The notes below the pieces were generated by a model. The model worked only from the letters and a program-made list of their open reading frames with translations, had not been told where the DNA came from and ran no database searches. A program made the translations under genes and the position numbers. A DNA stretch of 63,841 nucleotides, counting the filler, from Octopus bimaculoides (taxonomy: Eukaryota), in NCBI RefSeq assembly GCF_001194135.2. It is 7 parts of 6 records of this genome, joined end to end, with 100 filler letters (N's around TTAATTAATTAA, not from the genome) between each part and the next. Parts side by side here need not be neighbours in the genome. Positions count along the whole stretch, not along the records: positions 1 to 11,805 come from NC_068991.1; positions 11,906 to 30,228 come from NC_068982.1; 5 more parts are not named here. One strand, written 5' to 3'. Shown here piece by piece: positions 1 to 12,253 of this stretch (its first letter is position 1; every line of letters starts with the position of its first letter).

Positions 1-59
<59 letters not shown>

Positions 60-75
60 TGTGTGTGTGCGTGTA
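1..75. repeat. (TA)n/(TG)n microsatellite
   Basis: Perfect dinucleotide runs read directly. Confidence 0.95.
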
Positions 76-1191
76 CATGAATATACGGATTATATTTATA
101 TATATACATATATATACCTTTCTACCAACATACGCACCTACCTAGCGACATATATACAAACATCTATATGCATAATGCTTTTTAGCGCATTTATGCACAT
201 ATGCAACCACACATATATCTAATAAAATGAGTGTGTATGAGTGTGTTTGTTCTTATATATGTGAGTGTGTGTTTGTTTATATTGTTGTGATTGTGTGCGT
301 ATTGGGAAAGATATTTTGTTTGAGATATGTCGTACTGAATACACGACTGTGTTTCTAGCTTTATCTTTGGTATCAAGCATTAAAAAATATTTTGGTTATT
401 TATTTTCTTTCTAAGTTTATGTTTATTGCAGTCGGCATGGAACAAGTATATTTCCTAAATACAAAATCAACTGTTGTTGACCTTTAACCTCCACTTTTCC
501 TTTCGTAAACAAGTGCAAGAATCTAATATGCAAATAGGAAAAAACAAAACAAAACAAAAAAAACAAGAATAATTATATGATAAAAGTCGAACGTAGTTGG
601 GTGTATATATATGTGTTTTTGCTTGTGTACGTGCATGTGTATGCGTACGCGTGCGCGGTTATGTGTGTATTCATTGCTAGTGTAAGCAGAAAATTTCAAA
701 TACACTTAGTTCGAGTTAAGGGTTCCAATTTTCGGTCGATAGTACAGATTAAAGGGAGAAGAGCTCGCATATATACGTTTGCGTCTGAGAAAAGCATCAA
801 TGTTCCAGAAATGGACAAAAATGTAGAGAAGCTGAAAAATGGAAAAAAAAATTTCTGAAGAGTCTTCGGAAAGACATTTAAATTTCATACTGTAATCTAA
901 TTAGATGCTTTCTGGAACTTTTATCCATTAAGTGATTTTACTTACAATAAATTATATATCACGACATTATATATAATGTTAATTATGAAATTGCATATAG
1001 TAATATTATATATAATATTACACATTGTATTGCATATAGCTATATTATAGATATTATTCTATATAAAATACCGTAGTGATATATAGTGAATTCTTATTGA
1101 GTTGTTTCCTTGGAAATGCAATCCTGGTGAATCATGAAAAAGTCACCGAGCACTTTAAATATTGCTGTAATATTTCTCCGTACATCGATCG

Positions 1192-1192
<1 letters not shown>

Positions 1193-1265
<73 letters not shown>

Positions 1266-1282
1266 ATACACACATACACACA
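1193..1282. repeat. (CA)n microsatellite abutting the mariner left end
   Basis: Direct reading. Confidence 0.95.
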
Positions 1283-2527
1283 TTGGGTCGTCCTATAAAT
1301 AATGCGTTTTTTTCAATTGCATGAACTAAAAGTCGGAGAGGGATGGGATAAATTACTTGCCATAAAAGCAGGTAGTAATTTTACCTTGTCCTAAGAATAT
1401 AGTCCAAGTTTTGAAGAGTGCAGTTCGATTTTACCAGTTATTTTTTCAAAGATATAATGAAAATGACAATGGAAATTATTCGGCATATTTTGCTTTATGA
1501 GTTCAATAAAGGCAAAAACGCAACGGAAAGTGCAAGGAATATTAATGCAGTATATGGGGATCGGACAATAAGCGGTGGTTCCAGAATTTCTGAGCCGGAA
1601 ACTATAGCCTAGAATACGAGCCTCATCCTGGAAGATCTGTAGAGCTCGACGAGGATGTCCTGGAAAATCTGATCGAACAAAACCCTATCGTAACTGTTGT
1701 GGAACTAGCAGAAAAGCTTGGGTTTGGTCATTCAACCATTCACCGACACCTGTATGCCATTCGGAAAAGTGAGCAAATTAGGTCAATGGGTTCCTCACAA
1801 ACTTTCCGTGACTTATCGCGCGCAAGAGTGAATGTGCGCTTTTCTTTGCTGTCACGTCTCACGAATGAACCTTTTGTGGACCGAATATTGACTGGTGACG
1901 AGAAATGGGTTCTCTATAAAAATGTCAAATGCTTAAGAGAGTGTGAAGAGAAAGGAGAAACACCGGTACTCCAGGATAAAGAAGGTCTTCAACCATGTAA
2001 GGTGTTGTTATCTGTTTGGTGGGATATGAAAGGTTTAGTCCACTTTGAACTTTTAAACCCAAAGGAGATCTATTGCAAGCAGCTTGAGCGATTTCAGTCA
2101 TCGCTAGAATGAAAATGACCATCTTTGTTTTATAGACTAAAGGTGTCCTTCCATCAGGATAATGCTTGGCCACATACAGCGAGGATGATATTCCAAAGTC
2201 TGGAGCAGTCTGAATGGGAAACGATGCCCCACCTACCATATTCGCTGGACATTACCGCATATGATCATCATTTATTCCGCAATCTTCAAAATTGCTTGGA
2301 CGGAAAAAAATATGAATTCTGTAGACGAGGTCAGAACTGTACTGGAGGAGTATTTTTCGTCACAGACGAAATAGGGAATAGGAGTCTTGCAAGTCTACCA
2401 GATAGATGGAAGAACATTGTAGAAAATGAAGGAGTGTATATTTTAGATTAAAAAAGAACTTTGTTTATCTTAATTTTGAAAAATAAAAGAAGTATAAAAA
2501 AACCGCATTATTTATGGGATGACCCAA
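1283..2527 (+). mobile_element. Full-length mariner (DD34D) DNA transposon, defective
   Basis: Imperfect ~30-bp TIRs: TTGGGTCGTCCTATAAATAATGCGTTTTTT at 1283 and AAAAAACCGCATTATTTATGGGATGACCCAA ending 2527, followed by TA; 1245 bp long; transposase motifs inside. Confidence 0.93.
1457..2451 (+). pseudogene. Mariner transposase pseudogene (frameshifts and stops)
   Basis: IRHILLYEFNKGKNATESARNINAVYG (HTH), WVPHKL, TGDEKW, FHQDNAWPH, PYSLDITAYDHHLF; 34 residues between the second and third Asp; split over several frames. Confidence 0.92.
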
Positions 2528-4669
2528 TATATATGACGCATCTGTAAAAATAAGTACGTAAGAACACAATTCTGTATTGTATAACTAATAGCCATAAAAC
2601 AGTGACTTCGTTTCATTAGTGAAAGCAAGTTTGAAGTAGATCGATAATTTCCTGTTTATTTCTGGTTGTAAATTATTGTGGAAGTCAAGCAGTTAAAAGG
2701 CGAAAACTGAACTTCGACAAAATCTGTAATCAGAAGCGACGATCTCGCCACTCAATTCTATAAAACGATTAGATCATCATTCAATAGTCACCACTAATCT
2801 TGTGTAATCACTTAGAACATTATTAAAGCCATTTTTAACCTATCACTATTTAAGTTAATTCTCTATTCAGTAGGAGGAAGTAGGGTTAAGTATTCCAGTC
2901 GAATACTGTGCAGATAGCTTTAAATATAACCCAACGTCATTGCAATTGATTCAGATGATGCCGTCTTCCTGATTTACAAATTTGGTTCATTAACTTCGAA
3001 TGTTTCAGTTTGGCGTACAAGGTTCTTCAGCTTCATTCTTATTTATTCTTCTCCTTTAATTGTGTAAAATCCGCCGGTTTACATTCTTCTCATACTGAAG
3101 ACTTCTTTATCTCAACTGAAGGTTATAAATAACACCTATGATTCTTTAATATCTTTAACGTGGCAGACGAAATGCTTCTCCGTATATGTAGGTTAGTCCT
3201 TTTATATATTGAGCTCAATTTCCTCCTTCATCCAAGTTTCCGTAAAATAGTATTACTGAAGAATTGGGAATTGACATAAGCGATTGTACCTCACAAAATT
3301 TTTTTTTTTTTTGTTATCGTGTGCAAAGCTGTATTTTCCTAATACAGCCTATTTTCTTGGGACCGAAGAAAACACTGTTCTGTATAGTGTTCTTGGTGTT
3401 AATTTCACTTCACACACGCCAGTATAGTAGGAAGACTCGTATATTTTTGTACAAATTATATCATAACGCTACTGTTGCTAATTCATTGAGCAAAAGTATT
3501 GCCAAACGTTTCTTGCACTACAATGTGGCAGAGATAGCAAGTACTGGTTGTATCGACATCATCAAAATAGAAAGAAATAACTTGCCTTTTTGTTTTAAAA
3601 CGTAATAAATTTGTTAGTGAACAACTAGGGTTTACGGAATATAATCACATTTTCATCTTTTAACAGGTTAGTCACTATTTTAGGAGTAGTCAGAAAAATA
3701 GAAGTAGATCGTTTTTAATAGGTTTTGTCAGGAATAAGGGCAGTAGAAGTATTGGTGATACATGATTATATTAATGGATTAGTTTGAAGAGTAAGAGTAA
3801 TGCCCATCGCTATTTTTACTGGGTTAGTCCCTGGAGTAAGGGCAATAACAACGATATTTAATAGTGTTTGTATGAAGAGTTAGGTTAAAACCGGCGGCAA
3901 TTTTAAGTCCTCCTACGGCTGTCGACCTAAAAGATGGCTGACAGCTTCACACTGTGACCTAGCGAATGCTGTCAGCAGAACGGTCTTTACTGACGACGTA
4001 CAAAATATTAAAATACGAGGCCAAAATTTACTAATCTTTCCTCGCAAATGTATGGAAGTATATTTAGAAGCTTTTCTTATGTCATTGATTAAGTAACAGT
4101 TTGGGAATTATGAAGACACATCTTCAATCAGCATGTTATTATTTCTTATAACCTCAAATTTTGCTGATAAATGTTCTTTAGCTTTCATCGTGTGTTCAGC
4201 ATTTTTTGTCTCTTAGATTCCCGTTTTCTTATCTACTACGTTGCTCTTGCGATATCATTTCGACCTGCTAAATACTATCATGCTTTAAACTGACGATTTT
4301 CTATCTACGGTTTTATGTCGGTGTACATGTTTCCATGTATTTCATTAATTTTACAACCTCTTTAAAAACATCAGTGTTGCAAACAATACCAGAATTTTTG
4401 CCTGATGTATAGTCTTCTCCACGCTTCAATCAAGGGCAACTTAAAACGTTATAGAAATTCTAATGATGGAATATCTGTGTGACCGCCCTGCTCCTACGAA
4501 TAGCAAAATAAATCTCATAGAAAACATAACTTACCTCAAAGAAAAATAAGGAATGATCAGGAAATAATTAGGAAAGATGAGATAGTCAGAGCTGGAAGTC
4601 CCTATCTCTCTTTCCCAAACTTCAGACCCTACGCCTATATTAGACGGAGTTATTGTTATCACCATTATT

Positions 4670-4880
4670 AAGGCCACGAGCTGGCAGATTCGTTAATACG
4701 CCGGACAAAATGCCTAGCGGTATTTCGTCGTCGTTACGCTTTGAGTTTGAATTCCCTCGAGGCCGATTTTGCCTTTCAACCTTCAAGGGCGACAAAATAA
4801 GTACCAGTTAACCATTGCAGGTGATGTAGACGACTACCCTTCCCATCAGAAACCTCTGGCTTTGTGCCAAAATTTGAAAC
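4670..4880 (+). mobile_element. tRNA-derived SINE, family A (head AGGCGGCGAGCTGGCAG..., central GCCTTTCATCC...GATAAAATAAGTACCAG block)
   Basis: Similar to copies at 5.9, 6.1, 26.4, 27.6, 43.3, 50.3 and 56.4 kb; ends in an (ATT)n tail. Confidence 0.8.

Positions 4881-4950
<70 letters not shown>
4881..4950. repeat. (TAT)n tail/microsatellite
   Basis: Direct reading. Confidence 0.95.
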
Positions 4951-5399
4951 TTAAGGCAAATTTCACCGAGTCCTATCCGAGGTCAATTAAATATAGTACC
5001 AATCAAGTTCTTGGCATTACGGTATTACTCAAATTTCAGGCCTTAGATTTATTAGCATTATTTTATCATATTTGAAATTATATCATGTCAGAATTGTTGA
5101 TGTTTGTTAGTAGTACAGATGGTGTTGTTGGTGACGAAGTTCCAAATACAGTCGAAAACAGCAACTACACTGTTATTATATATACATTGGCAGTGATAAC
5201 GAGATGAGGTGATGCAAACATTCTGCTCTGTAACTCCTGCAGTTTACTGACCGGCTGTTTATCACTTACATTCCTTAGTAAAGGCCATGTAAATAATGTG
5301 AATAGTACAGAGATATACCTCTACCCTCCAGACATAAACCTGCCAGTAAGGAAATACATTATTTCACTCAACATTACCTTCTTTGTTACCCATAAACCA

Positions 5400-5780
5400 A
5401 TACCGAGAAAGTACCACCCTCACCAGAACCACCACCACCACTAAAACCACCACCACCACCACCACCACCACNNNNNNNNNNNNNNNNNNNNNNNNNNNNN
5501 NNNNNNNNNNNNNNNNNNNNNNNNNNNNNNNNNNNNNNNNNNNNNNNNNNNNNNNNNNNNNNNNNNNNNNNNNNNNNNNNNNNNNNNNNNNNNNNNNNNN
5601 NNNNNNNNNNNNNNNNNNNNNNNNNNNNNNNNNNNNNNNNNNNNNNNNNNNNNNNNNNNNNNNNNNNNNNNNNNNNNNNNNNNNNNNNNNNNNNNNNNNN
5701 NNNAACCACCACCACCACTACAACCACTACAACCACCACCACCACCACCACCACCACCACAACAACAACAACAACAACAA

Positions 5781-5821
<41 letters not shown>

Positions 5822-5850
5822 GTAATAATCAAATTCATCATCATAATGAT
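5400..5850. repeat. (CAC)n/(CAA)n trinucleotide tract spanning an N gap
   Basis: Direct reading. Confidence 0.9.
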
Positions 5851-5861
5851 TTTTGAAACGG

Positions 5862-6010
5862 CCAGAAATTTTGACGTGGGGATGGATAGTCGATTGCGTC
5901 GATCCCAGTCTCAGATTGATATTATATTTTATTGACTCTGGATGGATGAAAGGCAATGTTCACCTCGACGGAATTTGAAGTTTGAATGTAAACATGCGGA
6001 ATTAGCATCG
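5862..6010 (-). mobile_element. SINE family A, degraded
   Basis: GGATGAAAGGCAA...CTCGACGGAATTTGAA matches the reverse complement of the family A core. Confidence 0.7.
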
Positions 6011-6089
6011 CAAAAATATTTCTGAAACTCTAAGGATTTGTAGGCTCACTGCCTTAATAAAAATTGTTTATAATATAGGCACAAGGTGA

Positions 6090-6285
6090 ACAATTTTGAG
6101 GGAAGTAGGAGTATATATCATTAACCTCAATACTTCAATTGTACCTTATTTTATTGACCCTGAAAGGGTTAAAGGCAAAGTTGAGATTGGCATTATTCTC
6201 AACCATAAAGTAAAAATCGAAACAAATACCGTGCGGCATTTTGTCCAACTCCGTAACGATTTTTGCAAACCATTATGCTTCTAGC
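6090..6285 (-). mobile_element. SINE family A, degraded
   Basis: GTACCTTATTTTATTGACCCTGAAAGGGTTAAAGGCAAAGTTGA core in reverse orientation. Confidence 0.7.
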
Positions 6286-6538
6286 TTCATATTTTGATGT
6301 ACTAACATTGGGTTCAACGAAGGTTGTTTAAGTTTATGGTTGAAAGGCAACTGAATTTCAGTAAATGAGAAATCTGCGTAATTTTTATTTTAAGGTAATA
6401 AATATTTTCCTTTTGAAAATAAATATTCATTTCATTATTTTGAATAAACGCTAACATATTTAATAAAGGTTCATTTATAATTATTGTATAATTCCATAAT
6501 TCATTATATCACCCATAGAGGAGAAAATATACTTCCAA

Positions 6539-6569
6539 GTTACCCGTCTGTTAACGGGTAACACTCTAG
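6539..6569 (+). mobile_element. Helitron 3' terminus (hairpin plus CTAG)
   Basis: GTTACCCGT-ctgtta-ACGGGTAAC perfect 9-bp stem followed by ACT-CTAG|T, the canonical CCCGT..ACGGG..CTAG-T end pattern; 5' end not located. Confidence 0.6.
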
Positions 6570-6624
6570 TCAGTTATAATAATTTATTCTATGGTTATGA
6601 ATCGTACTTAATGACCGAGAAAAT

Positions 6625-6982
6625 AAGATCACGAATGCCAGCGGTCAAGATGGGGCTCCGCCGAAATGTCTGTGGAGTAACATTACTCCGTGGAGTGCGT
6701 AGCATGGAGATCAGAGAGACACTCCAGGTAGAGCCGCTACTTCTCCGAATTGAGAGATCATAGTTCCGACACTAAGAAAATGTGGTAACAATGTCTCGGG
6801 AAAGAATCGCTGGACAAGTTTTAAGGGCAAAAACCACCCGGCAAGATTGTTGGATAACAGTCATGAGCATGGTTGGTCTCGTTATGGGAATTCAGTCATA
6901 TCAATTGCAGACGGTTGCTCGTGACAGGATGTGATGGAATGCGTGCTTCAAGACGCTTGCCCAACGAGTTTTTCAGGATTAG
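6625..6982 (+). mobile_element. RTE-clade (Expander/Rex3-like) LINE 3' fragment, decayed
   Basis: Translates RNVCGVTLLRGVRSMEIRETLQVEPLLLRIERS*...QTVARDRM*W, matching the RTE C-terminus VEPLLLRIERSQLRW...VAxDRxxW. Confidence 0.75.
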
Positions 6983-7629
6983 GTAGGCGAAGAAGATATG
7001 AGAAGGGATAAATATAGAAACGAGGCTACAGTATATATTTTCGCTTTACCGGATGTATCACGTATCATAATCTACTGGAGAATACTTTAAATAAGGAGAA
7101 TAAAAACGAATTCTTCCTACAAATATTGTCAATATTTGTATGTATTTATTACCGATGTCTGGGTATAGCCAGGAATATCTTAAAGAAATTTTTTGCGTTC
7201 GTACATTTCACTTTTCTTGAAATGTCTTTCGTGTTTCGTAGTATTTGTTTGTTTAGTATATTTCCTTTTTAGTCTCATTAATTTGTCTCTTCTTATACAG
7301 CTCCGTGAATAATTAAAAAATATGATGAACTAAAAGAAACAACTCAAACGAGCCAAACTCATAAATTTGTGGAAGGCAAAAAATTTAAATAATACAATAA
7401 TAAATGAATAAAAGATAAAAATTCTTAATAAGTGGCAAATTTCTTATTATTTGGAGAAGGCAAACAATAGCCAGACAATTGATTTTTGTAGCTGTCAACG
7501 ACAATGGGAGATAATTTCAAGAAACTGAGATTTAGTCTTTGAGTTAAACATCATGCTGAGAATGCACTCTGTTGTAACGGGTCATAGGCACTGCCCTTTC
7601 TTTAGAGTAAAGTAAAAAGGATAATATAA

Positions 7630-7980
7630 TTAGCATGCATCACACTGTTAGTATGCATCATATTGCTAGCATACAAGTGTTTATTTCAGTGCATCACACT
7701 ATGAATTGGTATACGTTATACTTAATATCGTACATCAGGGTGCAAGTCAACATAAATTACATTGATAATTTACTTATTTTTTCTTAATTAATATACATCT
7801 TGCTTGTAAACGCTAAATATCCATTGTTAATGAAAATACATCATGCTCTTAATTAACATACATCACACAATTACCATACACTATTAATTAACATAAAACC
7901 TACTGTTAATATATCAGACGGTTAATTAACATATCTTACAATGCTAATTAGCATAAATCACACTGTTAATTAACACGCAT
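7630..7980. repeat. Degenerate ~20-bp minisatellite (CATCACACTGTTAATTAACA-like)
   Basis: Recurrent CATCACAC / GTTAATTAAC motifs. Confidence 0.55.
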
Positions 7981-8234
7981 TTCGTTTTAAATTATCACTT
8001 ATCGTAGTGTTAATTCATCCTAACACTTACAGAAATAACAGAAAAAGAGAGTCATTATATATCAACACTGAATATTTGCTGACTAAATCAAATAACAGGC
8101 TTGTCCGTAATGGAACGCTTTTGATCATAGACCTGATCAGTTCATGGTTGAACTACGTTTAAATACCAAAGCCAACCACGTAAAATCAGATAATATATTA
8201 TCTAATTATACATTTCCAGTCATTACATTATATA

Positions 8235-8625
8235 ACATGAGTTTTGTCCTTGGGTAGCAATTATTATTTTCTATTTACTTACCACTAGAAAGTATGAAAA
8301 ATGGCTAATATTTCCTTCAAATTTGGTTTTTGTTACATTTATTTAAACTCCAAAGAATCCTTCTCAACACATGGCTCTGATGGTCCCCCACTACTCCTAC
8401 ACATAATTAGATGCACTTATTATCAGCCACTAAGAGACATGCTTAAGTAGTTAAGGTCAAGCAACTGACAAGCAAATCTGTGGTATTGAGCAGAATATTT
8501 GCTATAACGATATTTTTGCTTCAGCAACTCAGTACTGAATCTGAAATGTAATGGATAACACGTGAGTTTGAGAACATTGATGTCCACGTCACAAAAGCAA
8601 AGTTTGAATGGAATAGTAGTCATTT
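8235..8625 (-). mobile_element. Interspersed repeat, unclassified (copy 1)
   Basis: Reverse complement aligns by eye along its length with 51015-51330 (AAATGA.TA.TATTCC.TTCAAACTTTGC...GCATGTC.CTTAGTGG.TGA). Confidence 0.75.
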
Positions 8626-9510
8626 ACTTTGATTTTGAGATAGAAGCAAATAGAAAATAGCACTTACTGACCAAAAATGAAACAAAAATAGAAAAGATAA
8701 AAAAAGAATTTCGTTACACGGAGTTATATACCACTGGGCAAAATATGAAGCGTGTTTGAAACCTTGAACGATTCCTTCAAGGCTATTTCTTGTAAAATAT
8801 GGCCCTATTTTATATCTAACGTTTCTACAACACATTGTTTTCTTTATTGATTATTTGCTTTTAAATCATGCCAAAATATATCGAATTATGGCGAGAGTAG
8901 AGTTACGTGATATATTCCCAAGTGTTTGTCTCTTATTTACGTAATCCAAAAGTATGAAATGTAAGCTGACGGAGAAAGTATTTGAACCGAGAAAATAATA
9001 TGGCGTTATGGGATGTAACCGAACACCGCAAACACTTTATATATCTGTCGCTCAGCTGACTCTATCAATCATTTATTGCCTTCACTTTAAACATATTATA
9101 AACAAGTATTTGATATAATATCATACTGGTGATATTATTCGCAACAAAGCATAAATAAATATCCGACGGCATATATATGTAATTACGTTGTGATACTCCA
9201 CAGTAAAGTATGGCATTATATTTACTATGAATGCATAACACTGGAGAATTGTTCAGTGACTCTTTACTATATGGGTGAAATCCAATGAAACTATATAAAT
9301 ATTAATTAATTGTACAATTATAATAATTTCTCTTTAATGTGTCTGTAAAAATATGGCTCCCTGCCTTATGTATACAAAAGTTTGAATATGTGCGTATACA
9401 TGATGAGACATATCCATTTCGTGCATGTATGTGCATTTGCATATACGTATGTATATGTCCACTAATGTATATGTGCATGTAAGGATGTATTTGAGAACAT
9501 ATGCATGAAC

Positions 9511-9571
<61 letters not shown>

Positions 9572-9873
9572 CATGTGTGTCTATGCTTGTGTATNNNNNN
9601 NNNNTGCATATATGTATTTATGTATACGTGCATAGATGTATGTGTGCATATTTGCACGAGTATATGTATATTTAGGTACGTGTGCGTATGTGTGTGCGCG
9701 CGTGTGTGTATGCACGCATGCAAGAATGTATGTAAGTAAATATTTATGCATGGATATATATGTACGTAGGAATATACATATCCTATAACAGCTTCTTTTA
9801 CAGGTTATGCATGTATTTAGATGTGGCTACACATACATATAATTCGTTATAAGTATACTTGTAGGTATATGTG

Positions 9874-10215
9874 TGAAGGTGCATTGCTTAGTGATTAGAG
9901 CGTCTGGCTCATAATCATGACGTAGTGAGTTCGATTCCCGGACTGGGCTATGTGTTGTGTTCTGGAGCAAGACACTTTATTCTACGTTACCCCAGTTGAC
10001 TCAGCTGTAAAAATGAGTTTCGACGTCACTGGTTCCAAGCTGTATCAATGTTTGCCGTTCCCTTGGATAATATCAGTGGCGTGAAGAGGGGATGCTGGTA
10101 TGCAAGAACGGCTGCTGGTCTTCCATAAACCACCTTGTCCGGACTTGCGCCTCGGAGTGTAACTTTCTAGGTGCAATCTCATGGTCATTCATGACCGAAG
10201 GGGATCTTTACCCTT
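9874..10215 (+). mobile_element. CORE-type tRNA SINE, tail variant X, near full length
   Basis: tRNA-like A/B boxes (TAGTGATTAGAGC, GTTCGATTCCC) then GTTGTGTTCTGGAGCAAGACACTTT...CTCAGCTGTAAAAATGAG resembling the MIR CORE domain; same family as 24158-24493. Confidence 0.8.
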
Positions 10216-10367
10216 GTAGATATATATTGTTATATGTAAGCATTCTCAAGCGCCTGACGAAAAAGTTCTTAAATGTAATACCAGAAAAATTCTATTTTAT
10301 TTTACTTTACTTTGTGTTATTTAGTAAAGTTTCATTTCATTAGAAAATTTGAAACCTTTCGGCTCTT

Positions 10368-10452
10368 GTATATACAAGATGTATATATTATATACAAGAT
10401 ATATTCTATATACAAGATATATTCTATATACAAGATATATATCTTGTATATA
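10368..10452. repeat. 18-bp minisatellite TATACAAGATATATTCTA with terminal snap-back
   Basis: About four tandem units ending in the palindrome TATACAAGATATATATCTTGTATA. Confidence 0.85.
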
Positions 10453-11771
10453 AAAAAAAACCCTTCATTTCTTCTGACTAATCTTATTATTATTACCAAC
10501 ACACAATTCTGTACATTATCAAAAATGTTTTATTTCTATGTACAAACGCAAGCATCTTTATATGCGTCCACACACAACATTCGACTATCATTTTATTTAT
10601 TTCGCTTTAGGAATATCTAGCAGAGTTACAGTAGGTCGGTATTGATCAACTTTCCACAGCTGTTATGTTATTTAAGTATAAGGAAAGGAGAAAAAAATCC
10701 CCCAAAGCACTGGTGTACAAAAATTAATCAGGGAAAATTTGGAAACGAATGACACACACACGCAAAAGCACACAAACACACACACATACACACACACCAC
10801 ACACACGCATTCATATTTGTATACGTATATGCGTATACACAGTTGAAACTGTTTGAGCATCTGATAGCATTACTGATTATACAAGATAAATGCATTAATA
10901 AATTATTCCAGTGCGGTCTTGTACTACACAATTTAGTTTATTCTTCCTTCATAACAAATTGTTAGTAAAGGTGGAATTTTGGCGTTAATCCTCGTCGTTA
11001 TAGCACCAGTGCCTCACTGTCGTTGGCATGACAGGCATACAAAAACATAAATCAGTCTATCAAATCCAATATGTAGTTGTGGTCATTGTCGTAGATGCAA
11101 AGTATATGCTAAAGTTGAAAATGCTGGAAATATTCTCTGCAGAATTCTTGTATAACAAAACAGGAAGTTGGAAAATTTATTGGTGTTATCTAATCACCAT
11201 TACAAATGTTTCATTTGTTAATAAGTATTACAGATTTTTACATGATAAATAGATATAGGGAGAAATTAAATAATAGAACTTTTATATCTGGATATAAGCT
11301 TTATACTTCGTTAGTAATCACGAATCAGGAACAGTATACATAGTAGGGAGGAAGTAAGGAAAAGCAAAACTTGACAGAAAAACGTACACACACACATATA
11401 TACTAACACATATATTTATACTTATAATGGGTACATATCCCAAATAATACACAGGTACAGATTAAGATGGATATAAGTAAATCTATGCGTGTAAATGTTT
11501 ACAAACATGCGTATATGTTCGGGTACGTGAGTTGATAAGTCTCAAAAATGGCGAAATATCAATGTCCATCACGCCTGAATGGGATTTGGATTGTGTTTTC
11601 TCCCCTCTCCATGATTTTTACGTGTTTTAACACCCGGCACATTCAGAGAGTACACTACGCCATGCCAGTGGGCAGCCTACCGGTAAAAACGCGAACCATT
11701 TACGTTAAACATGTGTGGTCGATTATGTTCTTTACACTAGCGATGCTTCTATTTTATATTTAAATATACAT

Positions 11772-11805
<34 letters not shown>

Positions 11806-11849
11806 NNNNNNNNNNNNNNNNNNNNNNNNNNNNNNNNNNNNNNNNNNNN

Positions 11850-11861
11850 TTAATTAATTAA
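11850..11861. other. Artificial gap linker TTAATTAATTAA (also 30273-30284, 38821-38832, 45205-45216, 54918-54929, 62266-62277)
   Basis: Identical all-frame-stop 12-mer centred in 100-bp N gaps; assembly convention, not biology. Confidence 0.95.
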
Positions 11862-12214
11862 NNNNNNNNNNNNNNNNNNNNNNNNNNNNNNNNNNNNNNN
11901 NNNNNGGGGGGGGGGGATTGGGGTGAAAGAAAAAGAAAAAAGAAGCAAGAAGTATAAGTGTGTGAGAAGTAATTTATGTACACACATTTACACACATATG
12001 ACCATATGTGTGTATATGTTTGTGTGTGTGTATATATATATGTGTGTGTATGTGTGTATTGTATACATGTGTGTGTGTGTGTGTATTATATACATGTGTG
12101 TCTATATGTGTGTGTGTCTATGTATGTGTGTATGTGTCTATATATATATATATATTTATACATATGTATATACGTATATATATATATATATATGTATGTG
12201 TGTATATATGTGTA

Positions 12215-12253
<39 letters not shown>

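Noticed and set aside
8423-8623. ORF MTTIPFKLCFCDVDINVL... and the apparent exon at 51010-51120 (EIKGNEYYSLQTLHLLPGYQRF)
   Set aside because: Both lie in two copies of the same interspersed repeat.
11548-11763. ORF MAKYQCPSRLNG... with good Kozak context
   Set aside because: No recognisable homology or clear donor; AAAATGGCG is equally explained as a YY1-like promoter motif.
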